Source of the DNA: an uncultured bacterium
GTDB lineage: Bacteria > Babelota > Babeliae > Babelales > Babelaceae
Direction: 5' to 3'
Assembly: GCA_963819815.1 (NCBI GenBank)
Contig: CAWFXL010000001.1
Span: 1,312,001-1,376,000 of the forward strand
DNA length: 64,000 nt
Position numbers and translations under genes: made by a program. Below are positions 1-9,673 of this stretch, in pieces; position 1 is the stretch's first letter; every line of letters starts with the position of its first letter. The notes below the pieces were generated by a model. That model was not told the origin of the DNA. It saw nothing but the letters and a program-made list of their open reading frames with translations, and did not search any database.

Positions 1-655
1 ATCATCCACTGTAATTATTTCATCATCGGGTACGATGGACTATCAACCACCATGCCTCATTAATCCAAATTTCATGGCGTCCTCGGAGCTCAGAAAAAAG
101 GAGTTTATTGGACAGGTTGTTTCTTTTCTTGTGCAGTGTGCCATTCCCACAAACAATGATAAAGTCATCATTTGTGTAACAGATTCACAAGAGCTCAGCT
201 ATAATTGTGCCATTGATATTCATAGTGGACTCATACAGCATGGTATACAGCCAGCTATTTATTTATTGGGATCAGAAGAATTATATAGCGAGACCTATAG
301 AGGATTTCTCAAAGACTCAGATGCTGAAGTTAGTATTATTCCTTATAATCCTGCTATTGAACCGATGAGATTATCGCCAGTTGGCTTGGAAAAATCGCAG
401 GGATCCATGGGTAGTTTTAGCATCATACGTATCGAAGTGCCATCTGCAATGGAGAAGGTATATATTGTTTTTGCTCAGGGAAGTGTTGAACGGGTATCTG
501 CTTACCAGGTGGCGAGTATGGCGTATGCTGCCGGTCAATCGGAAGTGCATGAAGATCTTATGGTTCAAGAGGTTGGGGAATATATGTCCCCAGTGATGAG
601 TCTTGAAGAGGTGTATGAATCGGAAGTCCAATTAAAAGAGAGAGTGATGGTTTAG
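1..655 (+). CDS. Hypothetical protein, 5'-truncated by the window edge (possibly the C-terminal part of a ComEC/MBL-like paralogue of the next gene)
   Basis: Frame is open from position 2 (SSTVIISSSGTMDYQPP...). The first residues loosely resemble VVASSGKSSGYRHP of the downstream MBL protein. Only 12 bp separate it from the next gene. Confidence 0.55.
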   Translation, partial: SSTVIISSSGTMDYQPPCLINPNFMASSELRKKEFIGQVVSFLVQCAIPTNNDKVIICVTDSQELSYNCAIDIHSGLIQHGIQPAIYLLGSEELYSETYRGFLKDSDAEVSIIPYNPAIEPMRLSPVGLEKSQGSMGSFSIIRIEVPSAMEKVYIVFAQGSVERVSAYQVASMAYAAGQSEVHEDLMVQEVGEYMSPVMSLEEVYESEVQLKERVMV

Positions 656-667
656 AAGTCTAAAGTA

Positions 668-2143
668 ATGAGGAAGGTGTTTATGAATGTACGAATACTC
701 TTTTTAATGCTCAGTATTATTTTTGAAGTAATTGGCGGTGAGAAGAAAATTTCTGTTACTAGCTTTGATGTTGCACAGGGTAATGGTGGACTTGTGGTAT
801 GTTATGACCCTGAGGAAAATATTTCACCATGGCTTGTAGATGCGGGATGTAATTTCCTTAAGGCGACAAAGGGCAAGGCTTATACAAAAAAAGAAACTGT
901 GAGCGAGATTGTTGCCGCAATTGACGCTGCCTGTACGGCAACAGGCATTGATGACTTTTATATTACGGTGAGCCATCCTGATATAGATCATTATAACCTT
1001 ATTCCTGATATTGTATCTGAGTGTATGAAAAAAGGCCGTGTGCCTAAAAAAATCGTGTTGGGAGGTATAGAAGAACTCTATGGAGCGGACTTTAGAGAGT
1101 TTTTGAATGAACAGCGAGATCTGCTAAGAAAAGCGGGCGCTGAAGAGGAAGAAGTAGAAGAGTTAATTCAATTTCCAACTCAGGATGGTAATACAACAAA
1201 TATTATAGAGTTAGCAGTTGGAAAGAATCTGCGCTATGAAATTCTTCCCGCACTTCAAGCTACAACTGTACCTGAGAAGAATGCTGGCAGTCTGGTAGTG
1301 CGTGCAGTCTACGGAACCCCATCATTTACGTTTTCAGGAGATGCAACAGGTGAAACTGAACAGCATATTATGAAGCATGAGCCTGAACTGACTATCACAG
1401 CTCTTTCTTTAGGTCATCATGGAGCCTCTACAGAAGGAAGCAACAGCTTACAATGGTTACGCCGGTTACAGCCGCAAATGGTTGTGGCTAGCTCAGGCAA
1501 GTCAAGCGGGTATAGACATCCTCAGAATTTGATTGTGAATCGTGCATCGGATGAACTGCCAGCGCATAAGGGTTGCTATAGAGCCGTGTTTGCGGGTTCT
1601 GAGACTAAAGGCGCAGACGAGGCCTCCTTCAAAGGATTCTCATCAAAGACGAGTTATGGGTTTCAGGTAACAAATAAACCTGTGTATGGGACCCTAGATC
1701 AAGGAAGCCTTACCTTTGAATGGGGACTTTATGATACCGATGTTAGGTTTGTACCTACCGCACATCAACAAGAATATAGGGATCAAAAAAGCTGTGTTTT
1801 AGCAACCTTAACGAAAGTGCCTAGAAGCAACATAGTATCTCCTAAAAACTTGACACACTTGAATCTTTCAAAGCTTGGTCTAGATGATGCAAAACCGAGT
1901 GACCTCGAATTTATTACAAAGCTGTTTGTGCTGCTAACTGAACAAAGCTCTAAAGTGCTTGAAAAGTTTCTCTTACATGACAATGCTATTCATCTTCCTG
2001 AAACTATAGTAGCGCTCATAGTTCCATTTATAACTAAGGAAGATACGGTTCTTGAGTTACTTGACATGAGTGAGAACAAAGGCCTACAAGAAGAAGAGAA
2101 AAAACTTTTAAAAGAATCTGCATTTTGCACCGTTCTTGCCTAG
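668..2143 (+). CDS. Exported ComEC/Rec2-type metallo-beta-lactamase-fold hydrolase (putative nuclease) with C-terminal LRR-like repeats
   Basis: Motifs FDVAQGNG, SHPDIDH, FSGDA, GHHGAS, GYRHP. Hydrophobic N-terminus. C-terminal LTHLNLSKL, LEKFLLHDN, LELLDMSEN. Confidence 0.75.
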   Translation: MRKVFMNVRILFLMLSIIFEVIGGEKKISVTSFDVAQGNGGLVVCYDPEENISPWLVDAGCNFLKATKGKAYTKKETVSEIVAAIDAACTATGIDDFYITVSHPDIDHYNLIPDIVSECMKKGRVPKKIVLGGIEELYGADFREFLNEQRDLLRKAGAEEEEVEELIQFPTQDGNTTNIIELAVGKNLRYEILPALQATTVPEKNAGSLVVRAVYGTPSFTFSGDATGETEQHIMKHEPELTITALSLGHHGASTEGSNSLQWLRRLQPQMVVASSGKSSGYRHPQNLIVNRASDELPAHKGCYRAVFAGSETKGADEASFKGFSSKTSYGFQVTNKPVYGTLDQGSLTFEWGLYDTDVRFVPTAHQQEYRDQKSCVLATLTKVPRSNIVSPKNLTHLNLSKLGLDDAKPSDLEFITKLFVLLTEQSSKVLEKFLLHDNAIHLPETIVALIVPFITKEDTVLELLDMSENKGLQEEEKKLLKESAFCTVLA

Positions 2144-2288
2144 AAAAGAGCGTGATTGTATGATGGAGAAAAAATATTAAGCGGATGCTCGACTTTTTGA
2201 GAGAATGGTGATCTTTGCTGTCTGGAACTGTGTTGTTCATATTGGTGAATAAGCTCATCTAAAAAAAGGCTTACGACTTAGTCTTAAC

Positions 2289-3995
2289 TTAGAAATAGGC
2301 ATTAATGCCTACATACCATTCAGTTTCTTTTGGCACATTTCTTCCCGAGAATACCGTACTTGCTCCCCCAAAAACCTGAAGCCAACGCCAGAGCTCAATG
2401 AATGCCTCACCGCGTACCTTATGGCTGGTCGCGTTCGTATTTTTTCTGATAAGGTGAGCATCGAGCGGTTGCGTTACGCCAAGGCAATCGATTGCCTTGG
2501 ATGTACAAAAGTTCAGATGGTCGCATGTTTTATGGTAATTCTCATAACCAATTACGCCACCAAATCCATGACAGTTTGGCGGTGTGAAGAGCATGTCGAC
2601 ATGCAGAAGATAATAACTCCAGTGTACGTTAGCACGAACTGGTGTGCCAATATTTTTAATCTGGGCGCCTACAAAAGATGCTGCGACACATTCGCTCGCT
2701 CGAAGAACCCCATACCCTGTTATATCACCTCGTAGTGCTGCCCATCGGCAGGGTTTCCAGATTGCTTGTGCGCCAGCTTTTAACTCATAGTGACCATTAT
2801 TGCCAAGAGATGGCCTAAATACAAACTGTGGCTTATTGGAGCGTTTTGCCGTAGGCCAGCGAACTCCCGCATACCCTTCAACATAGAAACAGGGTGAAAA
2901 AAAATGACCTGTGTAGAATTCAGTATCAAGATCGCCAGCGCCTGACAGGCTTTGTGATGAAAAGGAGATGCCGCAGTTAGTAAAAATATCTTCTGCTTCT
3001 GGAGCAATACAGACAAGTACCTCCTCGACTTGAGCTTGAATGACTCGTGCTTCTTGTGTCGTTGTCGTACCTACAACGGATGGCACAATAAAGAGCATAG
3101 CTTGATGTGCCGAATCATTGCCAAGGGGAGTATACACAACAGATGAAGCAAAACGTCCCCTTCCTTGATCGGGAAGATTTGAGCCATCTGCATTAAGAAC
3201 AGGTAAGGCTTGGGCTGTTGCTTCAGGAATCGCCCAAGGCCCGAGTGGTAGTGAACCGCTGGTACTCTCAAGTGCTGATACTGGTGTACCTGATTGATTG
3301 GTAATATTTTGCTTAGAGATGCTTATGGGATTATTGGGAGGAAAGTCGGTATCTGCATAATTGACAATAGGGAGTGAGGCGGTAGGGCAGGGTTTACAGG
3401 TATAAGGTAACTTGGTAAGGAAATCAAGGCGGTAGGCAAAACTTTTTACTGCTGCACCATCAACCGTTTCTATGCGTTCTCCTAAAAACTCATCTATCGT
3501 TTCTCCGCCGAGGTCACTCATCCCATTTCCATGACTTGGTAGACGTTTAATACGGATTTTTTTTGCAGGGATTGAAGCACGTACCCCAAGCCTCCAGCAC
3601 TCATGAAAGCAGTGTTGCACATCTAGCCCTACAACGGCACCTTTTTCTTCATAGCGTATCCTCGGTCCTAGAATTGAGGTCGCTAGGAGAGGGTTGAGTG
3701 TGAATGTGCTAGCTGTTACAGTGCTATTCGCAAATGCTTCTTGGGGATTAAAGTTCGCTTTATTGAAAAAGAGCGTTGAAAGGGGAACATCACAACCATT
3801 ATGATTGTAGGCCTGTTTGGCCGACCGTTCATAACCGCCAACCCAGATATTTATGAGCCACGAGTCATTGCGCGAAATGTCAGTATAGGGTTTATTAAGT
3901 GGCCCTCTGCGCAAATCTAGGGGTGTTTCAAGTTGGCGTGCTTGTGCTGAGAAGTAGATTGCCAATACGGTACATATGCGTAGTGAGCGTGTCAT
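2289..3995 (-). CDS. Putative outer-membrane beta-barrel protein (paralogue of 38558..40213)
   Basis: Signal peptide MTRSLRICTVLAIYFSAQA (likely start 3995). Amphipathic beta strands and terminal YVGINAYF. GAGDL and GNNGHY motifs are shared with the paralogue. Confidence 0.65.
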   Translation of the reverse strand: MTRSLRICTVLAIYFSAQARQLETPLDLRRGPLNKPYTDISRNDSWLINIWVGGYERSAKQAYNHNGCDVPLSTLFFNKANFNPQEAFANSTVTASTFTLNPLLATSILGPRIRYEEKGAVVGLDVQHCFHECWRLGVRASIPAKKIRIKRLPSHGNGMSDLGGETIDEFLGERIETVDGAAVKSFAYRLDFLTKLPYTCKPCPTASLPIVNYADTDFPPNNPISISKQNITNQSGTPVSALESTSGSLPLGPWAIPEATAQALPVLNADGSNLPDQGRGRFASSVVYTPLGNDSAHQAMLFIVPSVVGTTTTQEARVIQAQVEEVLVCIAPEAEDIFTNCGISFSSQSLSGAGDLDTEFYTGHFFSPCFYVEGYAGVRWPTAKRSNKPQFVFRPSLGNNGHYELKAGAQAIWKPCRWAALRGDITGYGVLRASECVAASFVGAQIKNIGTPVRANVHWSYYLLHVDMLFTPPNCHGFGGVIGYENYHKTCDHLNFCTSKAIDCLGVTQPLDAHLIRKNTNATSHKVRGEAFIELWRWLQVFGGASTVFSGRNVPKETEWYVGINAYF

Positions 3996-4164
3996 GACTG
4001 CCCTTGGTAGATCACAGATCTTCAATTGAATGCGTTCTTTTAACATTCGCTTCATTCTAGAAAATCAATTCTCTGGTGTCAAGGTTGCATGAGGCTTTTA
4101 GCAGAGTAATGCCGTTGAAGGAGCTCTTTCTGTACGTTAATTAAGATGATTAAGCAAAGAATGC

Positions 4165-4902
4165 TTACTCGTCGCTATCGTTGATCATCGACCAGATGAT
4201 AAGCCGCAGATTTTCAGGAAGGCCTCTGAATGGTTCTATATGAAAAGTGCTTGTGCTAAATGATTTTTTGGTATGACTCAATGCCTTGAGCCAGGTGTAG
4301 TAATGAAGATGCCTATGTAACTCTTTGAGGGCAGGCAAAGCTAGATCTTTCTTTTCTTCAATTTTCATCAGAGTCCCGGACGTGCCCTCTTTAAGGCTGG
4401 CAGTGAACCGTTCGTTTTGCGAAAGCTCTTCGGGGATATGGCTGAGAGAAAAATCATTTTTCGGATCTTTCGCCCGGGTAAAGAGATCATATAATACCGA
4501 TTTAATGTAGGTGTGTGTGGTTTCATTAGCAAGGAGGGTATTAAGAGTATGTGCCGCTTGAACACAGTTTTTCCCAATGATCTGATAGAGAGCCAAAGCG
4601 GTTGAACAGGCAGATGTCGCAGTTCCCTCTTGAGTACGTCCTAGGCTAAGAGGATTTTGTAAGGAATCATAGCCCTTCGGGCCAATATGAGCCGACGCCT
4701 CTCTGTTTTGAGCAAGGTCAAGTTCAGCTAGGAGCTTTAGGAGCTCTCTCTTAGACTCTGAGTTGTTCAATTTCCCCTGGGAATGTTGATACAAGGGGAC
4801 ATTGCTTTGTTGCGTCTTTTTGCTGTCTAGCGCATGTGTTCGGTTCATTAGCCCGATTAGTGCGACTGAGAGCAAAAAAAGTTTGATTGGAGTGTTTACC
4901 AT
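4165..4902 (-). CDS. Exported hypothetical protein with C-terminal F-box-like motif
   Basis: RBS GGGAGG, signal peptide, C-terminal FRGLPENLRLIIWSMI. Confidence 0.6.
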   Translation of the reverse strand: MVNTPIKLFLLSVALIGLMNRTHALDSKKTQQSNVPLYQHSQGKLNNSESKRELLKLLAELDLAQNREASAHIGPKGYDSLQNPLSLGRTQEGTATSACSTALALYQIIGKNCVQAAHTLNTLLANETTHTYIKSVLYDLFTRAKDPKNDFSLSHIPEELSQNERFTASLKEGTSGTLMKIEEKKDLALPALKELHRHLHYYTWLKALSHTKKSFSTSTFHIEPFRGLPENLRLIIWSMINDSDE

Positions 4903-5121
4903 AGTACCTCCCTTTTGATATTTTTGGCCACAGTAATTCTAGTATAGGAGGAAAATTAAAAAAATCAACTGCCTTGGTGGTGCTGGAGGATCGGTGGCTG
5001 CCATTTAAAGCACGCAAATCGGCTTTTTGAGCACTATTTATTGAATTTCTATTAGAAATAGCAGTAGTAATTCTTCTGGTTTTTGCTATACTTATCAAAA
5101 AGAATCCGATAGGGACCGCCC

Positions 5122-7077
5122 ATGAAACCGATTTTTAAGCTCCATGCACCATTTCCTCCTTCTGGGGACCAGCCTCAGGCTATAAAGAAGCTTGTAGAGC
5201 AACGCAATGGTATTTCTACTTTGCTGGGGGTTACTGGCTCAGGAAAAACGTTTACTGTTGCCAATGTTATTGCGCAGCAGCAGAAGCCGGTGCTTGTCTT
5301 ATCTCCCAATAAAACTTTGGCTGCTCAGCTGTATGAGGAGTTTTCACTCTTTTTCCCCGAAAATAAAGTTTGTTACTTTGTCAGCTATTATGACTATTAT
5401 AAACCAGAATCATATCTACCTGCCCAGGATGTCTATATTGCGAAGGAAACTCAGATCAACAGTGAACTCGATAGACTGAGGGTTGAAACAACAGCTTCGC
5501 TGATTAATAGACCTGATACTATTGTTATTGCTTCAGTATCCTGTATCTATGGTTTGGGTGACCCTACTGATTATCGAGATTTAGCAGTACCACTTGCAGT
5601 CGGCCAAGAGATCACTCGATCAGACCTACTAAGACAGTTGGTTTTTATTCAGTATCAACGCAATGATATCGAGAAAATGGCAGGCACTTTTCAGGTGATC
5701 GGTAATACGATAGAAGTGCAACTTCCTTATCAAAAGGAGAAGCTGCGTATTGAGCATTTTGGTAAAAAGATCGAGCGTATTCAATGGGTTGATCGTATGC
5801 ACAATACGGTTCTTATGGAGCTTGATAACACTTTGATATTTCCTGCAAAGCATTTTGTGACGACCCAGGAGAAGAAAGATCGTGCCGTCGACAGTATACA
5901 GCGAGAACTCGAGATGTGGCTTCCAGAAGTGACGAATCCTCTTTATAAAGAGCGAATAAAAGCTCGTGTGTCGCATGATATAGAGATGATACAAGAGAGA
6001 GGCCATTGCCCTGGTATTGAGAACTACTCGGCCCATTTTGAAGGACGGCTTCCGGGGGATCGTCCCTTCTGCTTATTTGATTTCTTTGGGGATGATTTTT
6101 TGCTTGTGATTGATGAATCGCATATAGCTGTGCCCCAGCTACGAGGGATGTATGCGGGTGACAGAAGCAGAAAGAAAACACTTATTGATTTTGGATTTAG
6201 GCTGCCCTCAGCTGCTGATAATAGGCCCCTCAAGTTTGAAGAGACGGAGACATTTTTTAAAGATGTGATCTTTGTTTCGGCAACACCAAGTGAATACGAA
6301 ATTCAGCATAGTCAGCCAGTGGTGGAGCAGATAATTAGACCCACGGGGCTCGTTGATCCTGAAGTGTCTATACATCCACGAGAAAATCAAATTAATCACT
6401 TAATCGCTCAAATAAAACAGACAAAAGAAAAAGGTTTCCGCTCAATTGTGACTGTACTGACTAAAAAGCTTGCAGAAGAGTTTGCACACTTTCTTGAGGA
6501 GCAGCGTATTAAAGTCTGTTATCTGCATAGTGATATTAAAACACCTGAACGTACTGAGCTTCTGCATAAGCTCCGGTTAGGAGTCTTTGATGTGATTGTG
6601 GGGGTTAACCTTCTACGAGAGGGCTTGGATCTTCCTGAAGTGGCTCTTGTAGCAATTATGGATGCTGATATAGAGAGTTTCTTGCGCGACAAGAGGTCAT
6701 TAATTCAGATAATTGGTCGCGCTGCGCGCAATACAGAATCTCAGGTTATTCTGTATGCTGATCGGGTAACCCAATCAGTAAGGGGGGCGCTTGATGAGAC
6801 TTCTCGGAGGCGTACTGCACAACTTGCCTATAATATTCAGCATGGTATCACTGCGGCCAGTGTAAAAAGGGATGTGACAAAAAGCATTTCTGGCATTCAG
6901 CAGGCAATCGCAGCTGCATCAAAGCTTAAGCCAAGAAAACAGCTTGGGAATCAAGAAGATATCGATGTTAAACTAAAAGAGCTTGAAAAGCGTATGCATA
7001 AAGCGGCTGAAAACTTTGAGTTTGAAGAGGCAATTGCTTTACGTGATGAGTGGTTTGAGCTTAAAAAGCGTCTTTAA
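5122..7077 (+). CDS. uvrB: Excinuclease ABC subunit B
   Basis: PSGDQP, LGVTGSGKT, YFVSYYDYY, IDESH, NLLREGLDLPEV, GRAARN, C-terminal UVR motif FEEAIALRD. Confidence 0.98.
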   Translation: MKPIFKLHAPFPPSGDQPQAIKKLVEQRNGISTLLGVTGSGKTFTVANVIAQQQKPVLVLSPNKTLAAQLYEEFSLFFPENKVCYFVSYYDYYKPESYLPAQDVYIAKETQINSELDRLRVETTASLINRPDTIVIASVSCIYGLGDPTDYRDLAVPLAVGQEITRSDLLRQLVFIQYQRNDIEKMAGTFQVIGNTIEVQLPYQKEKLRIEHFGKKIERIQWVDRMHNTVLMELDNTLIFPAKHFVTTQEKKDRAVDSIQRELEMWLPEVTNPLYKERIKARVSHDIEMIQERGHCPGIENYSAHFEGRLPGDRPFCLFDFFGDDFLLVIDESHIAVPQLRGMYAGDRSRKKTLIDFGFRLPSAADNRPLKFEETETFFKDVIFVSATPSEYEIQHSQPVVEQIIRPTGLVDPEVSIHPRENQINHLIAQIKQTKEKGFRSIVTVLTKKLAEEFAHFLEEQRIKVCYLHSDIKTPERTELLHKLRLGVFDVIVGVNLLREGLDLPEVALVAIMDADIESFLRDKRSLIQIIGRAARNTESQVILYADRVTQSVRGALDETSRRRTAQLAYNIQHGITAASVKRDVTKSISGIQQAIAAASKLKPRKQLGNQEDIDVKLKELEKRMHKAAENFEFEEAIALRDEWFELKKRL

Positions 7078-7134
7078 CAAGAGAGGCCCAGGAAGCATCC
7101 TAGGCCTTATATCTTTTTGATGAGTAGAAATCTA

Positions 7135-7665
7135 CTATTCAGCTACTACAGGATAAGTTTCAGAAGCGCGTGGATACATACGTCCTTGTCGTGCGTAAGG
7201 AGCACGTTGAGTGCGTGGAGCTTCTACTTGTGGAGCCTGCATGCTAGTGGTCCGAACAACTGGTGCAGGACGAGAAGGAGCTTCTTTTGGCTCATGAGGG
7301 TGAAGTGAATATTTGCCACCTTCACTTACTACTTGACGATCTCCACCTGTGCAGGTTGCTACAACTTCTTGTAGTCGTTTGTTTTCAGCTTTGCATGCGG
7401 TAACAGCTTGGTTACATTCATCGACCAGACGGCGATTTGATTCATTCAAACGGTCTATTTCTGAAGCATTGTCCGGTTTTCCAGCAACTGATGCGAGCTG
7501 TGCAGTTCCTGCTTCAAGTTGAGTTTTAAGCTCAGCTACACGTCTTTCAGCTGAGTCTACCGCAGCTTGTTGGTTGTCGAGAGCTGCTCTTGTAGATTCA
7601 AATGATGAGTCTGCAAATACTGATGGAATAGAAAGTAATAATACTACTAATAAAGTGCGTTTCAT
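7135..7665 (-). CDS. Exported coiled-coil hypothetical protein
   Basis: Signal peptide MKRTLLVVLLLSIPSVFA, heptad-rich middle, Pro-rich tail, RBS GGGGAG. Confidence 0.7.
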   Translation of the reverse strand: MKRTLLVVLLLSIPSVFADSSFESTRAALDNQQAAVDSAERRVAELKTQLEAGTAQLASVAGKPDNASEIDRLNESNRRLVDECNQAVTACKAENKRLQEVVATCTGGDRQVVSEGGKYSLHPHEPKEAPSRPAPVVRTTSMQAPQVEAPRTQRAPYARQGRMYPRASETYPVVAE

Positions 7666-8066
7666 AGGAATCTCCCCCTTGGTTATAACGCTGATTTAAC
7701 ATATCTATTCTTAGACTACTGGTAAATGATTTGAATTTGCAATATTTTATTAAAATTTATTAATAGAAATAAATATTGTCGGGGTGAGCATGGCGATGAA
7801 TTTTGCCAGTGCATGCAAGAGATGCCTCACTCTGATCCCTCTTGTGACGATATAGCCCATTTAGTCTTATTGTGTAGTGTGTTTTGATCAATTAATTATA
7901 TAGAGAGAATGGTTTCGAAGGAGTCCTTTGGTAAGAGTCGCAGAGTTAGTTGCCCAGGAATTTCCCTTTTAAAGTCACTATAATGGCCAAAACAGGGGCC
8001 TTTTGATCTTGAGGGGATTTAGCGTAGGCTAAGAGATATACCTCCAATAATAAGGAATAAAAATCT

Positions 8067-9512
8067 ATGAAGAGATATTATGGCCTACTCTATATCGGTC
8101 TCAGCTTAACTAGCTGTATTACCAAGTGTGATAAGGAATTGATCCTTAGACAGGCAAAAAAGAATCATCTTGTTGATTATGGGTATGCATCACAGTTAAG
8201 CAAGGGTGATATTGGCGAGCTTTTCCTAGCACAGGATTCTAAGGACTCTCGACGTATTCAGATCAAATCAGTGAACCAAATGGTTGTGGGAGATGATACT
8301 GAGCTACGGGGGGCTAGTTGTGGCTATCATGCCTTCCGCAATGGGGCCCTAACTGCCCAAGGACTTATTAACAAAGATGGAAAACGTGCAGTCCTCAAAT
8401 CACTTTCTTCGCAGAGTCATGCAAATGAGCTTTTTGGAACAAAATTGGCCCCTTGGCGTCTTGAAATTGGTAAGATTCGCAATGAATCAACAGCGCGTAG
8501 AGTTGGTCGAGAAATGATTTTCAGCTCCCTTGCATTATCTAAAGAGGGTGCGGATGCAGATTTTGATCTATTTATGGAATGTACTGGAAGCATTACGCTT
8601 CCTACGTTTGAGCATCCTGAAATCTGGGAAGATGGATTTCATTACAAGGCAACAAAAAAGGAAATCTACGCGGCGATTATTGAGAGGTGTAATAAGCTTG
8701 CTGTACAGGGTAACAGGCAGTTAAAAGATAAAGTTAAGACTTTTACGAATCGCGCGACGCTTGATGCATACTTTAAGGGAGATCTGAAGATAGATTTTAA
8801 GATAGATTTTGAAGGACGATGTTATCGGATGGATTCTCCTGATACTGTGATCGCAAGAGTTTCTCAAGAAAAAAATGGAAGTTGGGTGCAGACTGATGAG
8901 ATGCAAAAGCTTGTGAAAGCTCAGCGCGGTAATGGCATTCTTGCGAATGAGCCTACGCTTTTAGTTGCTACGTATGGTGAATATCATGGTGGTTGTAATG
9001 AGCATGCAGTTGCTTCTGAAGAATTAGTACAGCTCTATTCTTTGATTCGCAAAACAAAACAAGATTGTATAGGGGTTGTACTCGTTTATCTTCCGGGTGG
9101 AAGTAGATCTACAAGACCAACTAACACGTTTATAGGAAGAATGTACTCCTATGTTGGCTCATTTTTTGAGCATGCAAAAAAAATCCAATCGGGGCAAGAC
9201 AATGGCCATTGGATAACTCTTGTGGTGAGCAGAGTTAAGGGCAATGTTCGTTATTATGTTCTTGACTCATTGGGTAATTCAAACCGACTTCGCAGTGAGC
9301 GAATAAATGAAATTATCGACGCATTTGATGGGAAGAAAAACTTACCAGGATATGACTGGACCGTTGATCAAATCTCACAGCAATACAAAGGTAAGGTGAA
9401 GTCACAAAGTAATGCAGGATATAGCTGGACGAAAATTGGTCTGGGGTTGGTTGCTGCAGGTCTCGTCTCTTATGGAGCATATGCACTCTATACTCATCAA
9501 AAAAAGAAATAG
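8067..9512 (+). CDS. Putative papain-fold (Josephin-like) cysteine protease with N-terminal signal and C-terminal TM anchor
   Basis: Q...SCGYHAFRN and GHWITLVV...YYVLDSLG motifs, LTSC possible lipobox, C-terminal hydrophobic helix followed by KKK. Confidence 0.6.
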   Translation: MKRYYGLLYIGLSLTSCITKCDKELILRQAKKNHLVDYGYASQLSKGDIGELFLAQDSKDSRRIQIKSVNQMVVGDDTELRGASCGYHAFRNGALTAQGLINKDGKRAVLKSLSSQSHANELFGTKLAPWRLEIGKIRNESTARRVGREMIFSSLALSKEGADADFDLFMECTGSITLPTFEHPEIWEDGFHYKATKKEIYAAIIERCNKLAVQGNRQLKDKVKTFTNRATLDAYFKGDLKIDFKIDFEGRCYRMDSPDTVIARVSQEKNGSWVQTDEMQKLVKAQRGNGILANEPTLLVATYGEYHGGCNEHAVASEELVQLYSLIRKTKQDCIGVVLVYLPGGSRSTRPTNTFIGRMYSYVGSFFEHAKKIQSGQDNGHWITLVVSRVKGNVRYYVLDSLGNSNRLRSERINEIIDAFDGKKNLPGYDWTVDQISQQYKGKVKSQSNAGYSWTKIGLGLVAAGLVSYGAYALYTHQKKK

Positions 9513-9545
9513 AATCCCTTAAAAGCTTTTTGTGAGAGATTACTG

Positions 9546-9587
9546 AAGAAGAGCCACCTGTTTCATGAGGAACATGTGGCTCTTCTT
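9546..9587. terminator. Intrinsic terminator-like hairpin
   Basis: aagaagagccac...gtggctcttctt inverted repeat downstream of 8067..9512. Confidence 0.65.
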
Positions 9588-9673
9588 AATTTAGGCAAAA
9601 ACAGAAAGAACTTGTATTGCTTATAATATTATATATACTCCCGTATATTTTCTAGGAAGGAATTGAGGGAGAT

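Noticed and set aside
7779..7835. GGCGATG..TTGCC hairpin resembling a fluoride riboswitch
   Set aside because: The pseudoknot partner and the 3' UGACUCCU-type motif are missing, and no fluoride-related gene follows. Only a generic stem-loop remains.
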